A program made the translations under genes and the position numbers. From Longimicrobiales bacterium (GTDB lineage Bacteria > Gemmatimonadota > Gemmatimonadetes > Longimicrobiales > Gaopeijiaceae), in contig CBDFMQ010000002.1 of assembly GCA_965249725.1 (NCBI GenBank), forward strand, positions 320,001 to 384,000: a stretch of 64,000 nucleotides of DNA, written 5' to 3'. The notes below the pieces were generated by a model that saw nothing but the letters and a program-made list of their open reading frames with translations, ran no database searches and was not told the origin of the DNA. This document shows positions 21,551 through 30,633 of this stretch, piece after piece. Position 1 is the first letter of the stretch. Each line of letters starts with the position of its first letter.

Positions 21551-22098
21551 GCTTCCAATTCCTCTCGGTCTTCTGGCGTATTCAGCGCCTTCAGCAACTC
21601 TCTCATTTTCCCGCGCGCCTTGAATAGCTGGGACTTGGATGTCCCGGACGCCGTCCCCAACAACTCCCCGATCTCGTCGTGCGTATAGCCCTCCACGTCG
21701 TGGAGGATCAATACCTTCCGCATGCGCTCGGGCAGTCGGTCCAATGCCCATTCCAGCTTCTGCCCCAGGAGTGCGTCGGTTCTTGGTGGGGCCACGGCGA
21801 TCGTCTCCGGCATCGGAGCCTCTCGCTTTTGTCGAGTCTCCGCCCGTCGTACGGCCTGTAGGGCCGAATTGACGGCGATGCGATGAAGCCATGTGGAGAA
21901 ACGCGCGTCCCCCCGGAAGGTGGGGAGAGCTCGGATGGCCCTGATCCACGCCTCCTGGGCGTAGTCATGCGCCAAGTCGTCGTCTGCCGCGATCCGGCGG
22001 ACGACGGCGTAGACCCGGGGGGAGTACCGCTCATACAACGAGCGGACGGCCGCGCCATCCCCCTGGACGGCTTTTCGTATCAGTTGAGATTCGTTCAT
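21538..22098 (-). CDS. ECF RNA polymerase sigma factor
   Basis: AHDYAQEAW, FSTWLHRIAVN, EGYTHDEIGELLG...GTSKSQLFKAR. Confidence 0.95.
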   Translation of the reverse strand: MNESQLIRKAVQGDGAAVRSLYERYSPRVYAVVRRIAADDDLAHDYAQEAWIRAIRALPTFRGDARFSTWLHRIAVNSALQAVRRAETRQKREAPMPETIAVAPPRTDALLGQKLEWALDRLPERMRKVLILHDVEGYTHDEIGELLGTASGTSKSQLFKARGKMRELLKALNTPEDREELEAWSI

Positions 22099-22125
22099 GC
22101 CTTCAAGGCTTGATTGTCCGTCCTT

Positions 22126-22154
22126 TTGACGTCGGCATGGCGCTCGAGGGTTGC
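22126..22154 (-). promoter_or_regulatory. Putative autoregulatory ECF promoter GCAACC-N17-CGTCAA
   Basis: AAC/CGT-type ECF motif 28 nt upstream of the sigma start codon; single copy only. Confidence 0.35.
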
Positions 22155-22187
22155 CCCATGCGTGTGGATTCGCATACGGTGCCGCTC

Positions 22188-22910
22188 ATGATCGAGTTCC
22201 ATGACCTCACCAAAGAGTACGGCCGCATCAAGGCGGTCGATGGGCTATCCCTCTGCGTCGAGCCCGGAGAGGTGTACGCGCTTCTCGGTCCGAACGGCGC
22301 CGGCAAGACGACGGCCTTGCGCTGCTTGGCCTCGCTTCTCAAGCCCACCGCCGGATCCGCTTCCGTAGGTGGGGCCGACGTGGTGCAGCTTCCTCGCGAG
22401 GTGCGTGGGCGGATCGGATTCCTTGCTGCCTCCATGGGACTGTATGAGCGCCTGACGCCCACGGAGCTGCTCACCTACTTCGGTCGCCTACACGGCGTGG
22501 ATGGAGATGTGTTGGGAAGTCGGGTCGCCGAGCTCGTCGAGACCTTCGGGATCGCGGAGTTCTCGAACCAGCGTTGCGGCACCCTCTCCACCGGACAGGG
22601 ACAGCGGGTCTCGGTAGCTCGGGCCCTCATTCACGACCCGCGGGCCCTGATTCTGGATGAACCGACCATGGGGCTGGACGTGCTCAGTGGTGAGGTCATC
22701 TACCGCTTCATCGAGAACGAGCGCGAGCGGGGAAAGGCCATCCTCTTCTCGACCCATCAAATGGCTGAAGTGGAACTCCTGGCCGACCGGATCGGGGTGT
22801 TGAGCGCCGGACGCCTGGTGGCCGAGGGCACCGCCGAGTCGCTGCTCGAGGAGACGGGGCAGCCGAGCCTGACCCGGGCGTTCCTGTCGCTGGTGGAGGA
22901 GCGGGCGTGA
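22188..22910 (+). CDS. natA: NatA-like ABC transporter ATP-binding protein
   Basis: GPNGAGKTT, GLYERLT, LSTG signature, LDEPTMGLD, ILFSTH. Confidence 0.85.
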   Translation: MIEFHDLTKEYGRIKAVDGLSLCVEPGEVYALLGPNGAGKTTALRCLASLLKPTAGSASVGGADVVQLPREVRGRIGFLAASMGLYERLTPTELLTYFGRLHGVDGDVLGSRVAELVETFGIAEFSNQRCGTLSTGQGQRVSVARALIHDPRALILDEPTMGLDVLSGEVIYRFIENERERGKAILFSTHQMAEVELLADRIGVLSAGRLVAEGTAESLLEETGQPSLTRAFLSLVEERA

Positions 22911-24931
22911 ACATCGCCTGGGTCGTGTTCCGCAAGGAACTCAGGGAGACCCTGAGGGACCGGCGCACCCTGATGATGATGGTGGCTGTGCCCGTGCTGC
23001 TGTATCCGATCCTCATGATTGCCGCGGAGCAGCTCACGCTCATGGGGCTGCGACAGCTCGAGTCCGAGCCGTCGTTGATCGGTGTGGTCGGACCGGACGT
23101 AGGCGACCTCAGGGAGTTCCTCGGGGGCCTCGAGGGCCTGGCGGTGGGGGACGTATCCGATCCGGTCCAGGCCGTCCGTTCCGACTCGGTGCAGGCGGTG
23201 GTCCTGTTCGGAGCATTCCCGGTCGCGGACTCGACTCGGGCCGTCACGATCCTGTACGACGCGGCGGACGAGCGCTCTCAGAGGGCGAGGGGCTTGCTCG
23301 ACGGCGCGCTCCGAAACTGGCAGGATTCCCTGGTCGCCGGTCGTCTCGAGGATCGCGGCCTTCCTGCCGGACTCGCTCAGCCTCTGGCCGTGGCGGATTC
23401 GTCGGTGGCCCGGGCCGAGGAGCTGGGGGGGTACGCGCTGGGTCGCTTCCTCCCCATGCTCCTGATCTTGATGACGCTGCTCGGGACCTTCTATCCCGCC
23501 ATCGACTTGGCGGCGGGTGAGAAGGAGAGGGGCACCCTCGAGACTCTCCTCACGGCCCCGGTGCCGCCCAGAGAGATCGTTGCCGGGAAGTTCCTCACGG
23601 TGGCGCTCATCGGCGTTGTGGCGGCGGCCCTGAACCTGGGGAGCATGCTCCTCACGTTTCAGACCGGCCTCTTTCAGTTCGGCGACGCACTCGACATCGA
23701 GTTCGCCCTCCCCCTCGGAGCCGTTGTCACCATTTTCATCACCTTGGTGCCGTTGTCGGTGCTGTTCGGCTCGCTGTTTCTGGGCGTTGCGCTCCGCTCG
23801 AGGTCCTTCAAGGAGGCCCAAAACGCCCTGACGCCCATCTATCTGGCGGTTATCGTCCCATCCTTGCTTCCGGTCTTTCCCGGTATCGACTTCACGGTGG
23901 CCTTGGCTGCCGTCCCCGTGGCGGGCGTAGGCCTCTTCTTTCGTGAATTGATGGCAGGCAGCCCGGAGTTGGTCCCCTCTCTTGTCGCGGTGGTGACGAC
24001 CTTGCTGTGGGCATGGGCCGCTCTGGCGTTCGCATCGGTCTCCTTCGGCCGAGAGCAGGTGTTGTTCGGTGACGGTGACGGAAGCGTGGAACCGGGCGGG
24101 CGGGGTCTAGGCGCTCAGATCCGGGCTTGGATTGGTCCTCCGGGACTGACGCCTCGGCCGGTACACGCCTTGGCCTTCATTCTGGTGGTCGGGGCCCTCT
24201 TCTTCTACCTCGGGTTCCCGCTCCAGGCACGCTTGGGCGAAACGGGCCTGCTTCTATCCGAGTGGCTGCTGCTTCTCGCCCCCGTGCTGTTGTTCGTGGG
24301 TGTGGCGAGATTCAACGCCCGCGAAACGCTGTCACTGCGTCGGCCCGCGGGCAGACAGCTGGGTGGCGCGCTCCTGCTCATTTCCGGAGCAATGCCCTTG
24401 GGTTGGTTTCTAGCGTGGATTCAGGGATTCGTCATCCCGATTCCCTGGGAGCTCTTGGAGGGCCTGGACGAGCTGCTCACGGCCGAGAGCGCGCCGAGGC
24501 TGATCTGGTTGCTCGTCATCTTTGCGGTCACACCGGCGCTCTGCGAGGAGTTCGTCTTCCGGGGAGTCTTCCTCTCCGGCACCCGAGGAGGCGGGTCCGC
24601 GATCCGGGTTGCGCTCCTGAATGGGCTCGTGTTCGGGGTGTTCCACGTCTCGTTCGAGTCGGTCTTCCGCTTCCTCCCGACGGCCTGGCTCGGCGCGGTC
24701 CTCGCGTGGGCTGTTCTGTCGACTTCGTCGATCTGGGTCGGAGCGTTCATGCACTTCCTCAACAACGGCGCTGTCGTGCTGATCGCCTCGGTGCCGGCGT
24801 TGCGAGCCTGGTTCGAGGCTGGCGGCGAGGCACCGCCTTGGCTGCTGCTTCCTCCCGCCGTGGTCTCGATGGCACTGGGCATACGGCTGCTCCGAAGTGA
24901 TGGACGCGAGGGTGACCCTGGGCCCTGGTAA
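22907..24931 (+). CDS. NatB-like ABC permease fused to a CPBP (Abi/CAAX) intramembrane protease
   Basis: KELRETLRDRRTL and AGEKERGTLETLL (NatB); EEFVFRG, FGVFH and HFLNN (CPBP). Confidence 0.9.
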   Translation: MNIAWVVFRKELRETLRDRRTLMMMVAVPVLLYPILMIAAEQLTLMGLRQLESEPSLIGVVGPDVGDLREFLGGLEGLAVGDVSDPVQAVRSDSVQAVVLFGAFPVADSTRAVTILYDAADERSQRARGLLDGALRNWQDSLVAGRLEDRGLPAGLAQPLAVADSSVARAEELGGYALGRFLPMLLILMTLLGTFYPAIDLAAGEKERGTLETLLTAPVPPREIVAGKFLTVALIGVVAAALNLGSMLLTFQTGLFQFGDALDIEFALPLGAVVTIFITLVPLSVLFGSLFLGVALRSRSFKEAQNALTPIYLAVIVPSLLPVFPGIDFTVALAAVPVAGVGLFFRELMAGSPELVPSLVAVVTTLLWAWAALAFASVSFGREQVLFGDGDGSVEPGGRGLGAQIRAWIGPPGLTPRPVHALAFILVVGALFFYLGFPLQARLGETGLLLSEWLLLLAPVLLFVGVARFNARETLSLRRPAGRQLGGALLLISGAMPLGWFLAWIQGFVIPIPWELLEGLDELLTAESAPRLIWLLVIFAVTPALCEEFVFRGVFLSGTRGGGSAIRVALLNGLVFGVFHVSFESVFRFLPTAWLGAVLAWAVLSTSSIWVGAFMHFLNNGAVVLIASVPALRAWFEAGGEAPPWLLLPPAVVSMALGIRLLRSDGREGDPGPW

Positions 24932-24976
24932 TCCTATCTTCCTCGCGTGCGTCCACACTCAACACCCGAGCATCGA

Positions 24977-26167
24977 ATGAGCGACCAACCGCGGCCCTTG
25001 GCCGGAGCTACCCACCTGGAGTGCACTGCCACCGGGGAGAACGTTGAGAGCGAGGCCCTGCACGGACTTTCAGCCGCCGGCAAGCCCTACTTTGCCCGGT
25101 ATGACCTGGAAGCGGTGCGGCCCGACTTTCAGCCTTCGGATCTGCTTGCGCGCCGCCCGGACCTTTGGCGGTACGAAGAGGTCCTGCCCGTGCGCAACAG
25201 GGCGTTCCAGGTAAGCCTCGGGGAGGGGTGGACCCCGCTCATCGATGCTCCGCGCCTTGCTTCGCGGATGGGCGTGGGGCGGGTCTGGGTGAAAGACGAG
25301 GGGCAGAATCCCACGGGCAGCTTCAAAGACCGTGGGCTGTGCATGGCCGTATCTCGTGCCAAGGAGTTGGGAGCCACCGAACTGGCGTTGCCCTCGGCGG
25401 GGAACGCCGGGGGAGCGGCCTCGGCCTACGGGGCGGCGGCTGGTCTCCCGGTCCACGTGGTCGTGCCGATGGACACGCCCGCTCCAATTCTGGCCGAAAT
25501 GAGGGCGCTCGGGGCCGATCTTCAACTCCTGGACGGGCTGATTACGGACTGCGGCAAAGTCGTCAAGGAGGGAGTGGAGGAGCACGGTTGGTTCGATCTC
25601 TCCACCCTCAAAGAGCCCTACCGGGTAGAGGGCAAGAAGACGATGGGGTATGAGATCTTCGAGCAGCTCGGCGGTCGACTGCCCGACGGCATCGTCTACC
25701 CGACAGGCGGTGGTACGGGACTGATCGGCATGTGGAAAGCCTTTGATGAGATGGAGCGCTTGGGCTGGATCGGGTCGGAGCGCCCCAAGATGTTCTCGGT
25801 GCAGGCCGAGGGGTGTGCGCCGATGGTTCGGGCCTGGGAGAGCGGGGCCACCGAGGCCGAGATGTGGCAGGACGCATCGACCTACGCCGCGGGCCTCAGG
25901 GTTCCGGGTGCCGTAGGGGATTTCCTGATTCTCGGGGCTGTACGCGAGTCAGGCGGTGCAGCCGTCGCGATTCCGGACCAGGACATGGCGGACTGGGTGG
26001 GCTTTCTGGGTCGCGACACCGGGATCTTCGCGGCCCCGGAGGGTGGCGCGGTCGCCGCCGCGGTTCCGGCGCTGCTGGCGATGGGGGCGCTCGGTGCCGA
26101 CGACGAGGTCGTCCTCTTCAACACCGGAAGCGGGCTCAAGTACGTGGGCATGTCTCCGGTCGCCTGA
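24977..26167 (+). CDS. thrC: Threonine synthase (PLP-dependent)
   Basis: SLGEGWTPL, KDEGQNPTGSFKDRG, SAGNAG, EGKKTMGYE, YPTGGGTG, FNTGSGLKY. Confidence 0.88.
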   Translation: MSDQPRPLAGATHLECTATGENVESEALHGLSAAGKPYFARYDLEAVRPDFQPSDLLARRPDLWRYEEVLPVRNRAFQVSLGEGWTPLIDAPRLASRMGVGRVWVKDEGQNPTGSFKDRGLCMAVSRAKELGATELALPSAGNAGGAASAYGAAAGLPVHVVVPMDTPAPILAEMRALGADLQLLDGLITDCGKVVKEGVEEHGWFDLSTLKEPYRVEGKKTMGYEIFEQLGGRLPDGIVYPTGGGTGLIGMWKAFDEMERLGWIGSERPKMFSVQAEGCAPMVRAWESGATEAEMWQDASTYAAGLRVPGAVGDFLILGAVRESGGAAVAIPDQDMADWVGFLGRDTGIFAAPEGGAVAAAVPALLAMGALGADDEVVLFNTGSGLKYVGMSPVA

Positions 26168-26172
26168 CCGTC

Positions 26173-26424
26173 GTGCGTTTCCCGTGGCTAGCGCTCTGGT
26201 TTCTTCTGGGTGGTTTGGTGGTGTACGCTTGGATCGTGATGCGGCTGAGAATTCGGCGGGCGTTGCAGATGCCGCCGCCGCACATCGAAGACCAAGACAT
26301 CCGCCGAATCGAAGAGGAAGGGACGCTGATGACCGACGAGCCGGCGCCGCTCGACTTGGAACGCATCCGCAAGAAGGAAGATGAATTCTGGGAGCAGACC
26401 TGGGACGAGGCCGAAGAACTCTAG
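26173..26424 (+). CDS. Small single-TM hypothetical protein with acidic tail
   Basis: GTG just after the thrC stop; FPWLALWFLLGGLVVYAWIV TM; EDEFWEQTWDEAEEL tail. Confidence 0.65.
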   Translation: MRFPWLALWFLLGGLVVYAWIVMRLRIRRALQMPPPHIEDQDIRRIEEEGTLMTDEPAPLDLERIRKKEDEFWEQTWDEAEEL

Positions 26425-26446
26425 GATTTCGGGCTGGGGTGCGGTC

Positions 26447-27019
26447 CTACGGCTTCGCGCGGTAGTAAAAGCCGGGGAGCGGGATCGGTCGATGGCTGAT
26501 CGGCATGTCGTCCAGCGGATCGCTACGCCGAATCCATAGCCCCTCGTTGAGAGCGAGACTCCCGCCGAGCGCGTGGCCTCCGGCAAAGTTCCAGTCGGCT
26601 CCCAGGGGGATTCTGAGGAGCAACGACTGGCCGGTCCTGTGGGTCGGCTCCTCGGGGAACGCGGTCACTCCCCAGAGGCCGATACCCAAGAACGGCTGAA
26701 GATCCCCACCGCCGAAGTACTGCTTTCCCGTCACCGCCAGGCTCACGTCCTTGAAGCCAAACGTGGCCAGGTTCGCGTCTATGCTCCGATCGCCCCACCG
26801 GAACTCGAAAGAGAATCCGACCAACCCGATGCCTCCAGCTGTGACACCGATGCGGAATTCCATGTCGTCGTCCGCTGCCGACTGTGCCTGGGATGGCGCA
26901 GGTGCCAGCGCGAAAAGGCCTGAAGCGGCCCAGAACAGGAGGAGCTGGCCGGCGCTCGAACGTGGGTGCCTTTGAGGGCTTACGCGGCCGACCGAGTCGG
27001 GATTGAAGCGAGAACTCAT
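26447..27019 (-). CDS. Hypothetical exported protein, probable small beta-barrel
   Basis: Signal peptide (AQS), amphipathic strands (QPFLGIGLW, LRIPLGADW, PGFYY). Confidence 0.65.
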   Translation of the reverse strand: MSSRFNPDSVGRVSPQRHPRSSAGQLLLFWAASGLFALAPAPSQAQSAADDDMEFRIGVTAGGIGLVGFSFEFRWGDRSIDANLATFGFKDVSLAVTGKQYFGGGDLQPFLGIGLWGVTAFPEEPTHRTGQSLLLRIPLGADWNFAGGHALGGSLALNEGLWIRRSDPLDDMPISHRPIPLPGFYYRAKP

Positions 27020-27083
27020 GGGGCCGGAGTATAGAGGAATCGCCCATTCGAGGCTATCCTATCGGCCCTGGTACGAGTGACCC

Positions 27084-27119
27084 TGGTGGGGATCCTGGTG
27101 GGGATCGTGGTGGGGATCG
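27084..27119. repeat. 12-bp tandem repeat TGGTGGGGATC(C/G) x3
   Basis: Three direct copies plus a partial fourth, in a divergent intergenic region. Confidence 0.85.
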
Positions 27120-27168
27120 TGGGCATCCCGTTCCGAGCGTAAGGAGTCGGCTGGTGGAGGACGATGGC

Positions 27169-28095
27169 ATGCGAAGAGTGACGCGGTTCGTCGGGGTGCC
27201 GGCCTTCGGCCTCTCGATGCTGTTTGTCGCGTCGTCGTGCACCCCTCCGGACCGGCCCGTCCGGTCGGTCGAGCCGCTGCCCGAGGCTCTCCTGACCTAC
27301 CTGGAGCCGGACACCGTACGAGGTCGTTTCCTGCAGGACGGGCTCACGTACCACTACCTCTGGTCGGCCAAGGGCCCATGGGCGGTTCACTCCCTGAGCC
27401 TCGATCTGGAGCGCTGCGACCTAGGACTCGTCGTGCTCCCGGCGGGGCACGACCGACCCGCCGACCCGGGCCTCGCGACTGTCTCCGCGTTGACGCATGC
27501 GGGGAATGAAGGGGTCCTGGCCGCCGTGAACGGGGACTTCTTCACTCCGGAGGGACGGCCCGTCGGGCCGGAGGTCACCGATGGACTGATCTTGCGGGCC
27601 CGTGGTCGACCCTCGTTCGCCTGGAGGCCCGGTGCCGATCCATGGATCGGAAGGAGCCGTGTGGGGGAGGGAGGAGGATTGGAGGCCGGCTTTTGGATTT
27701 CGGTGGACTCCCACTCGCTCGCTCAGGTGGTTGGCGGGTTTCCCGAACTGTTGCATGAGGGCAGCGCCGTCATGGAGCTCGACCTGGATCCGGCGCAGAG
27801 CTTCGCGGCCTTCCGTCATCCGAGGACCGCCGTCGGGTATGATCCGGAGGCTCGTCGGCTCTGGCTGCTGGTGGTCGATGGCAGACAGGGTGCGTACTCG
27901 TCGGGGATGACGTTGGTGGAGTTGACCGACGCGCTCATGGCTCTGGGGGCGAGCGAGGCGCTCAACCTGGACGGGGGAGGCTCGTCGGCCATGGTCGCGG
28001 ACGGCAGGCTCCTCAGCCACCCCTCTGATGAGGCGGGTGAGCGAGCGGTACGAAACGCGTTGGCAGTCGTCTCCAATCCCGCCTACTGCCGCTAG
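27169..28095 (+). CDS. Phosphodiester glycosidase (NAGPA/DUF2233) family lipoprotein
   Basis: Lipobox ASSC; AAVNGDFF, HPRTAVG, VVDGRQ, ALNLDGGGSS. Confidence 0.9.
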   Translation: MRRVTRFVGVPAFGLSMLFVASSCTPPDRPVRSVEPLPEALLTYLEPDTVRGRFLQDGLTYHYLWSAKGPWAVHSLSLDLERCDLGLVVLPAGHDRPADPGLATVSALTHAGNEGVLAAVNGDFFTPEGRPVGPEVTDGLILRARGRPSFAWRPGADPWIGRSRVGEGGGLEAGFWISVDSHSLAQVVGGFPELLHEGSAVMELDLDPAQSFAAFRHPRTAVGYDPEARRLWLLVVDGRQGAYSSGMTLVELTDALMALGASEALNLDGGGSSAMVADGRLLSHPSDEAGERAVRNALAVVSNPAYCR

Positions 28096-30197
28096 AAGGC
28101 TACGCTGATTCCCGCGAAGATGGCCCTTCCGGGCCCGGGCTCGTAGTAGCGACCCCCGAACGCGTTTACGGCCACGGCCGCCGCGTACGTCTTGTCGAAG
28201 ATGTTGGCGACCCCGGCGAACGGTGAGACCTCCATCCGCCCGATCCGGGCTGCCGTAAGGCCGGTGCGGGCTTCCCAGAGTGAGTAGGCGCTCGCGAACT
28301 CGGTGTTGGAGTCGTTGACCGCCATGCGGCCGACGTAGTCTCCGCGGACCTCCCCGAACCAGGCCCCACTCCTGATCCGGACGAAGCCGTCCAGGCGGTG
28401 TTTGGTCAGACCAGGAATGTCGTTGCCGTCAAAGACTTCACCGTCCACTACGAAGTCGGTGAAGGTCGCATCGACATAGGTGTAGGTAAGCTGTGCCCGA
28501 ACACCCTCGGGGAGGACCGCGCGGACGGATCCCTCGAACCCTTGATACTTGGACGCGCCGCTGTTCCGGAAGAAGGTGCGGCCCTCTTGGGCCGGGTCCT
28601 CGAACGGTACGAGCTCGTCGGTACTCTCCGTGACGAAGACGCTGGCCTCGTAGCTCACTCGACTCCTGAGTTGGCCCCGGATCCCCATTTCTCCGCTCAC
28701 ACCACGCTGTGGGTCCAGGTCGGGATTGAAACCTCCACCCCCATCAGGCCGGTTGACCAATTCCGTGGTGGAAGGCGTATCCAAAGACGTCGCCACGTTG
28801 CCGTAGAGGACGAGTTCGGGCGTGACCTCAACGTGCACGCCCAGCGTGGGACTCAATGCATCCATAGTCCGCCCCCCGGACTCATCGGGGCTTTGGGCGG
28901 TGATCAGATGATCGTCCGCTTCGAAACGAAAGCGATCGTAGCGCAGGCCGCCCATCGCCCAGACCCGGGGAGACAAAGGTGCCCGGACCTGTACGAATAG
29001 CCCCGTCGCCGAGACGGTCTCGAACTGATCCAACGTGAGAGTCCCGCGGGTGCCCCCGTCGTTCTCGAAGTTCAGGCGGTTGTCGCGCTGGAAGTCCAAG
29101 TCGATCCCGGCGGTCCATGTCAGGTTTCCGGACTCGCCCGGGGTCTGTGTACTGATGGCCGCACGGGCGCCGAAGGCGGTGCGCTCGAGGTCGATGATCC
29201 TGGGGGGAATCGGGTTGTCCATATCGCGGAACAGGCCCCATCCGGAGAACTGCGCGCTCACGGCCCCCAGAGGTCCGTTCCACGCGACTCCCAACTGTCC
29301 CTGGTGCACTGCCTTGCGAGAGCCCTGATTCACGTTGAAGGCCCGCGCCGTCAGCGTTCCGGCTTCTAGATCGGCCTGATTGAGCTGTCCGGCGTTCTCA
29401 CCTTCGAGGTCGAAGAAGTTGCCGGTGACGCGGAAGGATCCCCCAGCGAGTTCGGTTCGTACCTGGGCGTTCGTGTTGAGTCGATCGGCCCCGCCGAAGA
29501 GGTCTGCCGGATCGTCCGGATGCGTCCGGAAGCCGTCGTAGGAAAGATGAGCCAGGTTCACGAGGTAGGAGGTCCCTCCTGCCGTGCCGGAGGTGGTGCT
29601 TTGCAGGCGCACGAGCCCGTTGTCTCCGAAGACGCCTTTGGCCTCCTGGCGGATGGGCACGTCGGGCGGTCGAGCCGTTTCGAAGCTCAAGACGCCGCCC
29701 CCCCCGTTTCCATAAAGCGCCGAGGCCGGGCCGCGTAGAATCTCTGCTCGGCCTAGGGATCCGATATCCAAGTGGTCCAGCGTGGACTGGCCGTCGGCCA
29801 GAGTCGCCGGTATTCCGTCCACTAGCACCTTGAGGCCGCGTACACCGAACTGCGCTCGGGCTCCGAGGCCGCGGATCGAGATGCGTTCACCGACCGTGTA
29901 GTTGTATCGATTCTGCACCTGTACGCCGGGAAGACCCTGAAGAGCTTCCTCCAGCGAGAGTCCGGAGTTACCCGACTGGAGGTTCTGTTGGCCTTGAACC
30001 GAGACGGCGAACGGCGTGCGGCCCAGGCCGTCCGAGCCTCGGATCACCGTAACCACCACCGAATCTAGCGGCACCACGCTGTCCGGCAGCTCCTGCGCCG
30101 CCAGCCGGTTGCCCATCCCGGAGAGGCCTACGGCTAGCAGACCCGTCAGGGTCCACTGGCGGGCTCGGGTCCGGTCGGAAAGGGCCTTCATCGTCAT
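28092..30197 (-). CDS. TonB-dependent receptor, YncD/PqqU-like
   Basis: TonB box DSVVVT; plug PGVQVQNRYN...SIRGLGARAQFGVRG...DGIPAT; LRGPASALYG; GRYYEPGPGR; C-terminal Phe. Confidence 0.92.
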   Translation of the reverse strand: MTMKALSDRTRARQWTLTGLLAVGLSGMGNRLAAQELPDSVVPLDSVVVTVIRGSDGLGRTPFAVSVQGQQNLQSGNSGLSLEEALQGLPGVQVQNRYNYTVGERISIRGLGARAQFGVRGLKVLVDGIPATLADGQSTLDHLDIGSLGRAEILRGPASALYGNGGGGVLSFETARPPDVPIRQEAKGVFGDNGLVRLQSTTSGTAGGTSYLVNLAHLSYDGFRTHPDDPADLFGGADRLNTNAQVRTELAGGSFRVTGNFFDLEGENAGQLNQADLEAGTLTARAFNVNQGSRKAVHQGQLGVAWNGPLGAVSAQFSGWGLFRDMDNPIPPRIIDLERTAFGARAAISTQTPGESGNLTWTAGIDLDFQRDNRLNFENDGGTRGTLTLDQFETVSATGLFVQVRAPLSPRVWAMGGLRYDRFRFEADDHLITAQSPDESGGRTMDALSPTLGVHVEVTPELVLYGNVATSLDTPSTTELVNRPDGGGGFNPDLDPQRGVSGEMGIRGQLRSRVSYEASVFVTESTDELVPFEDPAQEGRTFFRNSGASKYQGFEGSVRAVLPEGVRAQLTYTYVDATFTDFVVDGEVFDGNDIPGLTKHRLDGFVRIRSGAWFGEVRGDYVGRMAVNDSNTEFASAYSLWEARTGLTAARIGRMEVSPFAGVANIFDKTYAAAVAVNAFGGRYYEPGPGRAIFAGISVAF

Positions 30198-30360
30198 AAT
30201 CGATCCTTCAAGTAGTGCCACGAATGGGCGTGTGCCTCCTTGCAGAGGACTGCCGAGTCTACCCCCGTGTTGACCGAGCAGTCCAGGGCCGCTGTAAGAA
30301 GTCGTTGCCACCGCATGGGGGATGGGAGCACATTCAGGGGTCTACTGCCCGGCACCCGCG

Positions 30361-30411
30361 GATGATCTCTGCGGTGATCTCCCCGACGAGCTCACCGGAG
30401 AGCTCACCGGG
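30361..30411. repeat. Degenerate 12-bp tandem repeat, about 4 units
   Basis: GATGATCTCTGC / GGTGATCTCCCC / GACGAGCTCACC / GGAGAGCTCACC. Confidence 0.55.
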
Positions 30412-30591
30412 GAAAGCCGGGGTTGTGCACCGACTTCGGCGGGGGTGGGGCACCTTGGAGGGCCGGCATGCGCGGAATAATGTTCAAAAGGGAAATGTTT
30501 GCCGGGTTTTTGCCGGCGTCCCTCCTGATGTGTCGAGACGAAATCCGCAGAAAACCTAGCTTTTCGCTCTTCCCCACATGTTCTGGCTTCT

Positions 30592-30606
30592 GGGCACACG
30601 CCTTGC
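30592..30606 (+). promoter_or_regulatory. Sigma54 (-24/-12) promoter of the minor pilin operon
   Basis: GGGCAC-ACGCC-TTGC gives GG-N10-GC, 27 nt before ATG 30634. Confidence 0.6.
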
Positions 30607-30633
30607 GATATCGGTCGTTCGTGGAGTAATGCT

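Noticed and set aside
27084..27127. CRISPR array, or any tRNA/rRNA/IS in the window
   Set aside because: Repeats are contiguous without spacers; no cas, transposase, cloverleaf or rRNA motifs seen by eye.
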